From: the human T2T-CHM13v2.0 reference genome, Homo sapiens
NCBI RefSeq assembly: GCF_009914755.1
Contig: NC_060941.1
Length of the DNA: 64,000 nt
Strand: one strand, 5' to 3'
The position numbers and the translations under genes are program-made. Below the pieces are notes generated by a model. The model did no database searches. It saw only the letters and a list, made by a program, of their open reading frames with translations, and was not told the origin of the DNA. Of this stretch, positions 1 through 13,759 are shown one piece after another. The stretch's first letter is position 1, and each line of letters begins with the position of its first letter.

Positions 1-58
1 AATCTGCTCATAAGTAGACCCCTGCAGTTCAAATCCGTGTTGTTCAAAGGCTAACTAT
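1..58. mobile_element. Terminal fragment of Tigger2-like DNA transposon
   Basis: gcagttcaaatccgtgttgttcaaaggctaact resembles recalled Tigger2/MER28 terminal repeat. Confidence 0.55.
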
Positions 59-161
59 ATTACATAGTGATTTGTGTCACTAAAAGAAATTAGTTTCAAA
101 ACTGGAAACTCAGCAATACCTTTCTGGCACCATAAACAAATAGCAATAAGAACTGTGAAAT

Positions 162-470
162 GGCCAGGTGTGCTGCCCACACCTGTAGTCCCAGCAAGTT
201 GGGAGGCCTAGGTGGGAGGATCGCTTGTGTCCAGAAGTTCCAGACCAGCCTGGGTGACATAGTGAGACCACATCTCTACAAAAGCAAATACAAAATTAGC
301 TGGGTGTTTTGGTGCACACCTGTAATCCCAGCTACTTGGGAGACTGAGATGGGAGGATCGCTTGAGCCTGGGAGTCAAGGCTGTAGTGAGCTGTGATCAT
401 GATCACAACCTGGATGACAGAGTGAGACCCTGTCTCAGAAAAAAACAAAAACAAAAACACAAACAAAACC
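162..470 (+). mobile_element. Alu (J-type)
   Basis: Diverged dimeric Alu, gaggatcgcttgagcc, A-rich tail. Confidence 0.9.
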
Positions 471-1174
471 CTGCCAAACATACCCAATGTGCACTAATAC
501 TAATGGGAAATTATTTTTCAAAGATACCTTCTGAGTGCAGAAGTCAGAAAAGCAATTCCTTGTTGAGAAGAACAGGTCATGTTACATACTTATAAACCAA
601 CAAGGTGTCGCTATTATTGACTTTCCCCCAATTTGAAATCGAATGAGGTATATTTACTTCATTAGAACAAGATGTGTTTTTCTACCTGCTGGTTAATTGC
701 TATGTTAACAGTAATTTTGTTAGAACAAGATATGCAGTTACCATTAGCCAAAAGATTATCATAATAAATATTCAAATAGCCCAACTCTAGGCTCAACAAA
801 TTATAATGAAAGTATAAAAATGTTTCACAATAACAAAAAATGCTTCTGTGCTTCCAAGATGTTATGCCTAATGCATTGGACAATCTGAACTGTAAGAGGA
901 CACCTTTAATTTAGTACATATTAATCAAAGAACTTCTCTAAGTTAGGTTTTGCACGTTATGGGAGACAAACATGAAATAGACATAGTTTTGGTCTTTGAG
1001 GTGCTCATAATAGAATAGAGCTTTCTCTATTTAATTTCTGTGTTTTTTTCAACAGAATTTTCAAGGAAATCATTTATTCATTTGTCCACTTCACAAATAA
1101 TTATCAAATGTCTTTTAGTACTAAGCATTTTTTTTCTAATGTTACAGAATACAGACATTTAAAAATACTGTTGG

Positions 1175-1495
1175 GGCCAGCACAGTGGTGCATGCCTGTA
1201 ATCTCACCACTTTGGGAGGCTGAGATGGGAGGATCACTTGAGCCCAGAAGTTCGAGACCAGCCCGGGCAACATGACAAGACCTCATCTCTACTAAATTTT
1301 TAAAAAAACAATAAAACATTAGCTGGGCATGGTGCCAGGTGCCTGTACTTCCAGCTACTTGGGAGGCTGAGGTGGGAGGATTGCTTGAGCCTGGGTGTTT
1401 GAGGCTACAGTGAGCTATGATCATGCCACTGCACTCGTGTCTGGGTAACAGAGTGAGACCCTGTCTCAAAAAAGAAAAAAAACAAACCAACAAAA
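1175..1495 (+). mobile_element. Alu (J-type)
   Basis: Dimeric Alu with J-like gaggctacagtgagctatgatc; A tail. Confidence 0.9.
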
Positions 1496-1874
1496 CCCAG
1501 GAGCTTGTTATTATCATTGTCACTTTAATTATTTGATGAATTATTTATTCAGTGCCTACTACTGTGTTAGATGCCCTCTGGAACCGTATAGTGATCATTT
1601 ATTATGTTAAATATGTGCCAGACACTTTATGTGGTGAGGAATGAAAGCTGTAAAAAAGTGAGTAAGATTTAAGGTAGGCATGAAGAGTGAGTAGAACTTT
1701 TCTAGGTAAAGAGGCAGAAGGATGATGTGGGCAGAAGATTGTGTGTTTCACAGAAGGAGCAGCGAGTGCAAAAGTAAGATGCTTGAGTGAACTTTGCAGG
1801 GTTTATGAGCAGTTCAGTTTTGCCAGTGCAAAACATATGAGATGTGAATGGTTGGGAATGAAGTGAATACCTAA

Positions 1875-2181
<307 letters not shown>

Positions 2182-2217
2182 CAGACTTTTTAATACTATA
2201 GAAATGAGTAGATCTCG

Positions 2218-2537
2218 GGCCGGGCATGGTGGCTTATGCCTATAATCCCAGCATTTTGGGAGGCCAAGGAGGGCAGATCACAAGGTCAGGAGATTGAGAC
2301 CATCCTGGCCAACATGGTGAAACCTGTCTCTACTAAAAATACACATGAAAAATTAGCTGGACATGGTGGAGCGTGCCTATGGTCCCAGCTACTCAGGAGG
2401 CTGAGGCAGGAGAATCACTTGAACCTTGGAGGCAGAGGCTGCAGTGAGCCAAGATCGCACCACTGCACTGCAGCCTGAGTGACAGAGCAAGACTCTGTCT
2501 CAAAAAAAAAAAAGAAAGAAAAGAAAAAGAAAAAAAG
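2218..2537 (+). mobile_element. Alu (Sc-like)
   Basis: Full Alu; TSD agaaatgagtaga on both sides. Confidence 0.92.
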
Positions 2538-3113
2538 AAATGAGTAGAACTTTTCCTGTAGGCCATGGGAAATTTACCAGGTGGAATGCATTGGGCTGTA
2601 AATACTAGGTGACCTAACTAACAATGGCTAAAACAGTAGGGACCAGAGTTATTTTGATGGTTCAGTGATAACACGATGTTTTGTTCATGTCTGTTTTCAT
2701 GGCTGACTAATTAGCAACAGCTCCAAACATCATGGTCTCACCGACAATATCTGAAGGCTGAAAGGGTGGCTTTTCTTTACATGTTTCTTTTAGTTAGGGA
2801 GAAGACTCAGAAGGGTGCAGTTGACTTCCTGTAACATTTTATTGGCTGGGTCCTACCACATGCTCATTCCTAAACCAGGCACTGGGGAAGCAAATGTAAT
2901 TACTATGATGAGCTTAGAATAATCATTTCTTCTTTTGGAGTGGGGAGGGCTATTGGCATGATAAATATCCAAATAGATTCGTGTTTCTCCAGCAAGACAG
3001 AACAGGGAATCGCTATTGGGTAGGGAGACAGCAATGTTTACTGTAGGAACACATTGGAGTGGGGAGTCACATGATTAGATTTGAGTATTAGGGCAATCTG
3101 GTTATGGTATAAA

Positions 3114-3308
3114 GCAGGGATTGGCAAGCATTTTCTGTACAGGGCTTTTTCATGTGGTCTGTCATTCCTACTCAACCCTACCATTGAAGTATGAAAACAG
3201 TCATAAAAAGGCAAGCAAATACACATGACTGAGCTCCGGTAAAACTTTATTTACAAAACTATAAGGCAGACTGGATTTGCTCCATGGCCTGTAGTTTGCT
3301 GACCCCTC
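3114..3308 (+). mobile_element. MER58A-like hAT MITE
   Basis: cagggattggcaa...aaaactttatttacaaaa...gtagtttgctgacccct terminal repeats. Confidence 0.75.
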
Positions 3309-3699
3309 ATATGGAGAGCAGCTGGAAGATAACCACATAAAGAGACAGGGAAACAAAAGAAACATTTGCATTTATCAGAGCTATAGTTTCCTTGTGCTGT
3401 CCTCAGACTAGTGTCAGTCTGTTGTGAGGTTTTCACCCATCCATGGTGAAATCACTAAGGTTAAGGAGCTCAGTTATTCATTTAAAAATGTTGGTCTTTT
3501 TCTTGGCATGATGCCTTTTTCATTTATTTTACTTAAACTTTTTTTAATTTAAGAAATAACATTAATAGTTGTTTTTTCCCTATAAAAGCCACTACTTAAG
3601 AGCCCATGTTTAACTAGGAAATATAAACATAAAATAAACGTGTCACAGTGGAAATATAAAGCAGATGCAGAAAAGAGGTACAGTTAATATGATTTAGTG

Positions 3700-4230
3700 A
3701 TTGTTGAATGTAAAAAGATAGGGGATAGGGAGAAATCTCAGATGATTCTCAGGTTTCTGGCTTGTGCCCTAGCATTTAACCTGGACACGAGGGAGTAGGC
3801 AGTTTTCAGGTGTATAGAGGAGAGCAGCAGGTCAGCAGTCACGACTAACAGTTTTCTCTGCATTGCTGAGTTTACTGAAATGTCCATGTGGGATATTTTC
3901 AGTAGGTAATTGGATAAATTTTTATGGCTGGAGATGGAGCTCTGAGGTTGGAGTTGCAGACTTGGAATAACTGAGGCAAAGTTGTAGATCTGAGTGAGCT
4001 TGTCCATGATGGGAAAGGTATAGAATGAGCAGAGGGCCAGTGACAGAACCCTGGGAATATCAGCATTTCCCAGAGGAATTAGGAAAGAAGCCTGAGCCGT
4101 GGCTAAAGAAAAAGAGGAGAGGAATCATAAAGTGATGTTGCAAAAATTTACAAAGGTGAGAATTTCAAGGAGGGAGTATCAATTCTAACCAGTAAGATTA
4201 CTAAAAAGTAAAGTGAGTTAAGCTTTTAAA
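3700..4230 (-). mobile_element. L2 fragment
   Basis: Degenerate L2 motifs (gatgattctcaggtttctggctt; gacagaaccctgggaa); approximate bounds. Confidence 0.55.
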
Positions 4231-5244
4231 AGCCTTCAGTGGCACTGTCTTCTAAAGAACAATCATAGAGTTGTGGGGTTCGCTGTTTATGTGATCAGTA
4301 CTTCTGATGTTCAAATGTGGAAGAATACACCTACCAAGATCCTACCTAACTTTTGTAACTGCAGCAGCTCCCTGTACAGGATCAGGGAAAATGGTCAAGA
4401 CTGGTGAGTTAATGTACCACCATTTTCCTAGAATTGTCTAAACCTAAGGTCATATGTGAGGAAAAGTGTAGTCTTTCTTAACTGCTTTTTTGTGGAAATG
4501 CTTGTTTGGTACTCAAGTCCTTGATAGGCTCTTCTGAATGCATTCCCAAACAAACATCTGACAGCAACAACGGGAAGCCACCACCAGATACACGTATATA
4601 TCCTTCCTCTGACATGGAATCATAATACAGCCATGTTGTGACACAATTTCAGGTTTTGATTAGAAATAGTTTACAGGCCAGCAGTTTAGACAAACTGACA
4701 TTTTAAAAATATTTTATTGCAGGAAACTAATATAATGTCCTGGAGAAAAAAATAAAGTGAAATGCTGAATATACCAGTTCTCAGTACTTGGGGTTTTGGT
4801 CACATCAGGAGAAAAGTCAGTGCCTGACTCCTTTTGTTAGTGCAGTTCCCTTTTCATTTACCCTCTTGTGATATTTCTGCTCTTACTGCTTCCTTTTGAA
4901 TTCCATTCCTAAAGAAAATACTATTAGAACACATTTCAAATGCACTTCTTTATATCTGCACCACAATGACACAATGATGATGGTCTGCCAAGATTTTAAG
5001 TGTCTTCTGGGTTGTCAAATACAAATTGTTTTATCTGACATAGTTTAAATGTGAAGTGCTTTTCTGGTATTACATTTCTTCAGAAATTGGTAATCTGTGA
5101 TTTAACTAGAATATGTGGTCAATTGGATTACCACACTTTTAACCATCTATACATAAGATGTCTCTTCTCCCGGCCAGATAAGTTAAAAGTCCTGTTGATC
5201 CTTACTGATCAGTTCCACTATTTGCAGGGTTTTTTTGGACTTTT

Positions 5245-5540
5245 GTTGTTGTTGTTGTTGAGACGGAGTCTCGCTCTTCCACCCAGGCGGGACTGCAGTG
5301 GCGCTATCTCGGCTCACTGCAAGCTCCGCCTCCCGGGTTCACGCCATTCTCCTGCCTCAGCCTCCTGAGTAGCTGGGATTACAGGTGCCCGCCACCGCGC
5401 CTGGCTAAATTTTTGTATTTTTAGTAGGGACGAGGTTTCACCGTGTTAGCCAGGATGGTCTCGATCTCCTGACCTCGTGATCCACCCGCCTCGGCCTCCC
5501 AGAGTGCTGGGATTACAGGCGTGAGCCACCGCGCCCGGCC
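5245..5540 (-). mobile_element. AluY-type with (CAA)n tail
   Basis: Y diagnostics gcaagctccgcc/ttcacgccattc, CpG-rich; TSD tggactttt. Confidence 0.93.
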
Positions 5541-5554
5541 TGGACTTTTTTTTT

Positions 5555-5665
5555 GAACGGGTGTGATTATAGCACACTGCAGCTTTAGTTCCTAGCCTCA
5601 AGCAATTGTTCTGCCTCAGCCTCCTGAGTAGGTGGAACAACAGATGTGTGCTACTGCACCTGGCC
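5555..5665 (-). mobile_element. FAM/FRAM-like Alu monomer
   Basis: Reverse strand reads gccaggtgcagtagc...gctgcagtgtgctataatcacacc. Confidence 0.6.
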
Positions 5666-6025
5666 TGCTGCACAATTATTATAAAAATGAATTAAATCCT
5701 ACCTAGTGGGAGAAAATTGACTGTGATCTTATAATTTTTTGTTCCAGAAACTTTTATACTGTAGAATATATTGTCAGTCATTAAGATTTTCTATTTTTAA
5801 TTGAGTTAAAATAGGATTGTTGCTTTTTAAAATTACTTTCTGACATCATTGTTTCATGCATTTTTAATGCCTTTAGTCCGGTGGATATAGAAGTACAGGA
5901 ATCTCCAAGGCAAATGTCAAAAAAAAAAATAAGCAGATTAGGGAAAGGTATTCTGTGAAATTACCTTCTGATTGTAGTCACATGAAACACATCAACTTAA
6001 ACAATAAAAAATTGTATAATGTAAT

Positions 6026-6607
6026 TGTATCAGGGGTTCCCAAGACCCCCTTCACTGAGGTTTGGTAATTCACTGAGAAGGACTCACAGGACTCAGCAGA
6101 TAGTCATACTTGGGGCTTTGATTTATTACATTTAATACAGCAAAAAGACACAAAGCAACATTTGAGAAAGGAAAAGGTGCATGTGTCAAAGTCTGGAGGA
6201 AGCCAGGCACAAGCTACAGGAGTCATCTCCTGTGTAGCTAGCAGGATATGCTTAATTCCCCCAGCCTCAAATTTTGACGACACATGTGCAATGTTGTCTA
6301 CCTTACCAGAGTTTCATTAGAGGCTCAGCACCCATGTTTTCGATGGAGGCTAGTCACATAGGCAACCTCTCCTCTCCCTCACATGTAACAAAACTCTAGA
6401 CTCCCAGGAGGAAATTAACTGTTCATAGTAAACCACATTTGCACAAACAGTTTAGGCACAGTGAGCCACTCCCTTCTTCTAAGTTAGGGAATGCTGGGAA
6501 CCCTCCCAAATTCAAGGTCCCAAACACCAGCCAAGGACTAGCCTTGCAAGCAAGCCTTTCTAAGGATGGGTGTCTCATGCCTGCTATATGAAATCTTTGC
6601 TGCCCAG
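6026..6607 (-). mobile_element. MER77-like solo LTR (ERVL)
   Basis: ~580 bp TG..CA element with ggactcacaggactcagca and gcacaaacagtttaggcacagtgagccact motifs. Confidence 0.7.
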
Positions 6608-7189
6608 CAGCTATGCCCCTGAGTAAATTTTTGGTGTTATCTTAACATTTTATATAATACAATAGCAAATAATATGATAGACCATAACATGGTACTGGTT
6701 TCAGCTGCATCATTCATATTAAATAGCAAGGCTGCTTACAGTTTTGACATTTGGTGAATACTTAACAGGTATTGGTACATAAGTTACTATGGCAATATTA
6801 AGTAATTATAATCTGTCCTTCTTATCTGATTAACCTTTCAGTAAAATTGTGGGATAAAGTAGGCATAATAAGTTCTGATTTGAAATTAGAATAAAAATTG
6901 TCTTTCATTTTATTTTCATGGATGGACCAGTTTTGATTCATATTGTACTAAATCCCTGTTTACAATTATGAAATAAGATCAGATATTCAATCATTTTTGT
7001 GAATTTTTTTTGCCTAAGTATACAATTAAAATTAATTGCTTTATGTGTTTTTATATGCTTCAATTTGGGAGATAGTACTCGTATTCTGTTACCTTGATCT
7101 TTAGTGATTTGCAATTTTCAAGGTGACTCTGTCTTTTTATAATTTAGGGTAATAGCAAGTTCAGTGAGTATGTGCTTTAAAATTAATAA

Positions 7190-7620
7190 TATTATTTTCT
7201 GAGCAGTTTTAGATTCACAGCAAAATTGAGAAGGTACAGAGATTTTCCATATTCCCCATGACCCCTGACATATGAATAGCCTCCCTCATTATCAGTACCC
7301 CCCATCAGAGTTCATCAGAGTTACAGTTGAGGAATCTACCTTGACAGACACATCACCCCCAAGGTCCACAGTCTACGTTAGGGTTCACTCTTGGTGTTGT
7401 ACATTCTATGGTGTTGGACAAATGTGTGATGGCATGTATATACCCTTGTAGTATCACAGACAAAATAGTTTCACTGCCCTAAATATCCTCTGTCCTCCAC
7501 TGTTTCGTCTCTTCCTCTCCACTGGTTTCTGGCAACCATTGGTCTTTTTGGTGTCTCAGTAGTTTTGCTTTTTCCAGACTAGTCATATAGTTGGAATAAA
7601 ACAGTGGTGGATATCTTTTT
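7190..7620 (-). mobile_element. L1MC-type 3' end
   Basis: gagcagttttagattcacagcaaaattgag motif. Confidence 0.7.
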
Positions 7621-8582
7621 GAATATTTAAACAATAAAGTTCCATGGTAATTTGATTCTGTCATTTTAGATGTTCTTTGTCCTTGCGTTTGTTTTCCTCA
7701 TGTTGTGTTCATCAGAACAGGATCTGATGGCATATGATTTGACGTGCTGAGAAAGCGTGATTTCTGTAGACGTTTGCCATGTAACGGGGAGGGTGGGGAA
7801 AATGGCATCATGCAGTATTCCACAGCACTAACTGGACCATCATGCTCTAGGAGATGGGTCCAGATAGACTCTAGCGATGGGACGGGATAATCTCAAGAGC
7901 TGGACTTTATAAAACTAGAATCACAAAGTCTTGCATACTTACCTTGCACTTAAAAAGATCAGGCAGTGAACACTACAGGTGAATAAATATGTTCCTCTCT
8001 GGTTCTCTTCCTTTTAGGGATGAGCTTGAAAACAGTCTATATTATTAGAATATGGCTCATCTACAACTAAATGCTCTGTCATGGAAATGCCAGTGTTTTT
8101 CTTTACAATAAATGAAAAATAATTTTGTTTTCACCAGAGAGAGTAACAACTGTTGGCACATTCTGGCAGGTTGAGTGAGCTGATAGTTCTGTTCATATAT
8201 ATTTTTCATACCAGGTAGTATTCCCTGGCAACCTGCCACCACTGTGGCAGTGTTTCTTCTTAAGCTTCTCACTGAATGAATGGTGTGGCTCAGAGTGAAT
8301 AAGCTCTTTAAGGGAGTGATCTTTCCAGTGGTTCTGTCCATAGGAGGTAAAATGGGAGGTGAATTTGAGCCTTGTTTGTACTAGGGAAAATAGCTAGAAC
8401 TCAGTAAACATTGCCAGCATCTGCCCCAGAAGAGGATTAGTGAGAGTGAGTACATTGATCTCCCTTGAGCTCTTCTCCACTGGCAGCTGAAAAGTCTTTG
8501 CAAAGATCCTTATCCCTGGTCTCTTCCCTATGTTTTGCCACATAACACAGCACAGCACCCATAGACCTACATAACAAAATGT

Positions 8583-8670
8583 ACAGTTTTCCCCCCTTAT
8601 CCATGGGGGATATGTTCCAAGACCCCCAGTGAATGCCTGGAACTGTGGATAGTACTGAACCCTAGATATG
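8583..8670. mobile_element. MER44/Tigger7-like fragment
   Basis: ccccccttatccatggggatatgttccaagacccccagtg..gtggatagtactgaaccc. Confidence 0.6.
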
Positions 8671-9517
8671 CAATGTCAGGATAGAAGGAAGAGGATAAGA
8701 GCAAAAGGGGGAATAAAGAATGTGGAAGGCAGAGAGTACAGAGAGTAAATGAAGGGAAAAGAAGCAAGTGGATATGATGGAGGGTGGTAAAATGAGATAA
8801 TACTTCAAAAGAAGAGTGGGGTATTAGAAAGGTGGAAAGAATATAAGGTGAACGTGCAGCACCAAAACTTATCAGATAAGACAAACTTTACTTGCCAATA
8901 TGTTAGTTGTGCTTTAAGTTTAATTATTTCTTCATAGTGTGGCTATACTGATGATTTTAAGCCAGTCAGATATTCTGGTCAGCAAATCATATGTGTGTGT
9001 GTTTTGATTATCAGAAATGAAGAAAGCAATTAATTACCCTTAATAACTATATGGTGGACACAGTCTTTTAAAACATTGATTCTGAAACTTTTTGGCCTGG
9101 GGTTCATTTTATATGATTAAATATTATTGCCTAGAGGTAACCAACACCCTGAATTAAGAATTTATTATGTCCATTCCCTTTTAAAACATTTTATTACATA
9201 TGTGTATGGTCATAAATAATATGTAGAATTTGTTTTCATGTCCTAAAATTGTATATAAATTGTTTTACACTCTACATATTTTGCAACTTTCTTTTGTCTG
9301 GTCACATTACATTTTTGAGGTCAGTCCTTATTGACACAGGAAGCTCTGGTTTTCTATCAAATGACTGGATCTCAAACTCTCTTCATAATGATAAATAAAT
9401 AATTAAAATAAAGAAAAATTATTGCAAATTCCAAAGAGCTTTTATTTAAGTCGGTTGTGTCTTTTGTTATTTACTATTTTAGAAATAAAAACTAAAATAT
9501 TTTAAAAACAAGCATGC

Positions 9518-9820
9518 AGCCGGGCGTGGTGGCTCACGCCTGTAGTGCCAGCACTTTGGGAGGCCGAGGCGGGCGGATCACGAAGTCAGGAGATCGAGAC
9601 GAGACCATCCTGGCTAACACGGTGAAACCCCGTCTCTACTAAAAATACAAAAAATTAGCCAGGCGTGGTGGAGGGCGCCGGTAGTCCCAGCTACTCGGGA
9701 GGCTGAGGCAGAGAATGGTGTGAACCCGGGAGGCGGAGCTTGCAGTGAGCCAAGATTGCGCCATTGCACTCCAGCCTGGGTGACAGAGCGAGACTCCGTC
9801 TCAAAAAATAAAAAAAAAAA
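9518..9820 (+). mobile_element. AluY with internal 5-bp duplication (cgaga cgaga)
   Basis: Y diagnostics ctggctaacacggtg, gcggagcttgcag; no TSD seen. Confidence 0.93.
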
Positions 9821-10497
9821 TTTAAATCCCAACAATTTTGTTTATATAGTAAAAAGGAAAATATTTTTGTTATGTATTCCTTTCCTGTCTCGTGGCACTG
9901 TGTGCTATTTGGACCTAGTGTGGTCCTAGACTAATCCTGTTCTCACATGGGAACAGTTAGAGCCCTTAACAGCTCTTATTTTGCAAATAAATGTATGAAA
10001 TTTATCCAAGTATTTGAAAGGAAATTCTGAAGATAGTGGTGCATTGAGGAAAGACCATCTCATTATAATTAAAATAGTTTTAAAAGTATATTTATTATGA
10101 GTTTTTGTAAATCCTGTGTCTCTACAATACATACATACAATGCTGTCATGTATATTTAAGCTTAAAATGGTTAGACATAAATTCTGTTTTAAAAGATTTA
10201 TATCCACGAAGAATCTTAATGGGAAGCAAAATATGTAATAGAGACTGCTGAGTGAATAAAAGTAAGTAATAGTAAACGGTAAAAATGTAGAAAAGTGAGA
10301 GATGATAGTTAATTAAACTTACCTGAATGAATTGTAAGCATAGGACATGTAAAATGTAATAATCCTGAATGCATAGTGTGTTGTGGGAGAGAGCAGGATG
10401 TGGGACTGTTTCTGTGAAGAAAGCATGTATACAAGTTAGTCAAATTATTGTGTTATTTACATCCTAAAAATGAAAACTTCATTTTCGGATTTTTCAG

Positions 10498-10746
10498 ATT
10501 GGCATCCTACTAATTTGACCCTTAGTGATGAGACTTGTCAGAGATCCAAGAATCTGAAAGTTGATGATAAATGTCCATCTGTATCACCATCAATGCCTGA
10601 AAATCAGTCAGCAACCAAAGAACTGGGACAGATGAACTTAACAGAACGAGAAAAGATGGACACTGGGGTTGTACTTCTCTCAGGGAATGATACTCTCCAT
10701 GACCTGTGCCAATCACAGCTACCAGAAAACAAAGAGAGCAAAGAAG
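10498..10746 (+). CDS. CCDC144CP: CCDC144 exon (249 nt, phase 1-1): DWHPTNLTL...ENKESKE
   Basis: ttttcag|ATT acceptor, AAG|gtaaca donor; in frame of ORF 10470-10763. Confidence 0.9.
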
Positions 10747-11161
10747 GTAACAAAGAAGCATAGAGAATTCAGTCCTAGAGTGCCTCTGCTTGGCTGCATA
10801 GAGCTATAGTTCTGACTTAAAAAAACTTTTTCTGGTAAAATGTGCTTTGTGTTTACTCACCTTTTGCACTGAACAGAATACCTTTTGGCAGGATATTTGT
10901 GTTCTTCCTTTAACCAAAGCAACATCTAGATAACAGAGAATTAGGGGAAAGCAGGATTTTCTTTAGGAAGTAGGATTATATTTAGAATATAGGGACTAAG
11001 TATGTTTAGGGACTAACATAGGATTATATTTAGGATAACTTAGTAGAGACCTAAAGATTGCTGACTCAAACACAATGTGGTTTCTTTGCTTTATTTTTAC
11101 AGCTCTGAATTCACAGCTGTTAGTTATAACTATATGCACTATAATTTAAAAGACACCTTCC

Positions 11162-11501
<340 letters not shown>

Positions 11502-12822
11502 TTATGTATTATAGAATTGACTTTCCAAGTCAGTAATTAATGAGACTTATTGAGAATTTGCTGCATAGTATCTCCTTGGCTGTGTCCACATGAGCTACCA
11601 CCTTGCGTTAATAAATGTGTTCGCTAGGGATGTTGGTTTTGGCATTGACAGTGTTCTATCACCAATGCAAATAAGACCAGGGACCACTCTTGAGAACATT
11701 AATGTCCAAGCATCTTAAAGTTATACGTAAGGCTTTCATAATGTGATTCTGCTCAGCTCTCCATCTTTAGCCCTTTCCCCCGTGTGCCCCTTCTCTGGCC
11801 TTACTGAACTGCTGGTCCTGTCCTGCTGACCCATCCTTCGACTGCAGGCAAACACATACACTCTTTCAGGCCTCTTTCTGCCTTTTGTTGCTGCCTGTCA
11901 TGCTCTCACTCTTTCCTGTCCCCTACCCCTTCTAATTAGGCTAGCCTCACTCTTTAAGCCTCAGCTCGGGCAGGATCTCTAGAAAAGTCATCTCTGACAT
12001 GCTTTCTTTTCACTCTTTAAATCCTAGTGCCTAGCACATAGCAAGACTCAATACATAATTGCTGAGTAAAATAGATAATGACTCTTTGTACAAAGATGAT
12101 TTTCAAGATTGTTCCCTACAGTCAAGGAGCAGAGGGAATAGACATGTAAAGCAATAATTGACAATTCGGGTGGTGGAGATGCAGTAGAAAAATCAGTAAA
12201 GTTCTAGGGCAGCCCTAAGGAAGGAGATACCTAGATACCTGTTTACCTGGGGAAAGATGAGGATGAGGGTCAACTTCACCTAGCAGTCTGTTTTTTATTT
12301 TATGTATTTTATTTATTTATTTTTAGCAGTCTGTTTTAAAAGATGAAAATATTAATACATTTGTCAGAATAATACAGGGAACCATTTCGGATGTTAGGAA
12401 GAGGTTGTACACCAATAAAGGTGTCCACAGTCATTTTGGAAATCATTAATAAGGTACTATTATGAAATGGAGAACAGTATGCAGCATTGCCTGATAATAT
12501 TGCTACTGCATTCCAAAATTTTGTTTTGTTTGTGATGGCTTTGTTCATTGATGTTGGGTGGATGAATCTGTGAGTGAATCTTCAACATGATTGTATTTCT
12601 TTAACCTGGTGGCATCTAGTGTCTCCCAGAAAGTGGTTTGTTGAAGTTTTGGAGAATTAGAATTATTTCTTAAAGAAGTAAGTATTCCACTAAAGATCAA
12701 GCTTCATTTAAACTCTCAATTTATGAAATAAAATGAAATGTAATTTAAAATCTATTTTTATAAAGACTATGTCTTTTATCTAACTGTTCTAAGTAGTTTA
12801 ACTGAACGTTTGGATTTTGCAG

Positions 12823-12896
12823 CAGAACAAGACTTGGAGCTGACATCAGAGGAAGAGCAAGAAAGACTTAAAGGATGCGAAAATAAGCAGCCACAA
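12823..12896 (+). CDS. CCDC144CP: CCDC144 exon (74 nt, phase 1-0): AEQDLELTSEEEQERLKGCENKQPQ
   Basis: ttttgcag|CAG tandem acceptor, weak CAA|gtgtgg donor; peptide resembles the POTE/ANKRD26 EQDL..SEEE motif; phases fit both neighbours. Confidence 0.85.
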
Positions 12897-13690
12897 GTGT
12901 GGAAACATTTAAACTAAAATCTAAATTTCTGGTTTAATACTCTTTTCTTTGCTTTAATATGCTAGCCCAAATGAAATTACCTCTCAGACTAGCCTTTGAG
13001 AATCAATAGATCCTTACTTAATATTTAATTTTAAATACATTTAAACTAGTTATAAAACACAATATTGTTAGAATCTATCATAACTTATAGTTAATCTTTA
13101 CCCTTGGAGTAGAGGCAAACATTCCAGAATTTTGTTTGCTCTTCCATTCTTACAATATCCTTATGGGATAAAGAAGGTAATGTCAATTATTGACTTATAT
13201 TATTAAGCAACAGAAATTATGAACAATTTAACAGTGATGGCCACTAAGTTGGATTCATGGTATAGGAGTAATCATGGCCAGTGGCTCAAATTTTGCAGTT
13301 TTATATTGCCAGTTACTAATGCCTAGGTTAAAGATGTGGCCTTTCATTGACTTCACGGTCTACATTCAGTGAGAGTGGGGTTATGAAATCAACCCAACTG
13401 CCTATTAAGGGAATCATACCTTGCAGAATGGGATCTTTGGTGTTAGGGTACAAACAATAACTTTCTAACTTTTTAGATGCAGAAACTTAGTAAGAATTAT
13501 CTTTAAAGTTTTAGTTAGTGTTATTAGGGGACCGTAGTATATATTAGAACTGAACTGAAGAAGATAGTCTAGATATATAACCCTATGATGTTACAGTATA
13601 TAATTTGAATTAAAACTTAAGAATTTGCTTTTGTTTCTGATTGGTGTTGATTCGGGCTCCTAATAATTTGAAGATTGCCTACCCTCCAGT

Positions 13691-13759
13691 TAGTAATCTA
13701 TAGAACTTACATGTAGTAATATATAGTACTTACATGTAGTAATATGTAGTACTTACATG
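13691..13759. repeat. 23-bp tandem repeat x3 (tagtaatatatagtacttacatg)
   Basis: Units at 13691, 13714, 13737. Confidence 0.9.

Noticed and set aside
7670-7780. Possible fossil exon after cattttag|atgttc
   Set aside because: No convincing peptide match or donor
13691-13759. Direct repeats as a CRISPR-like array
   Set aside because: No spacers, mammalian intron; ordinary minisatellite
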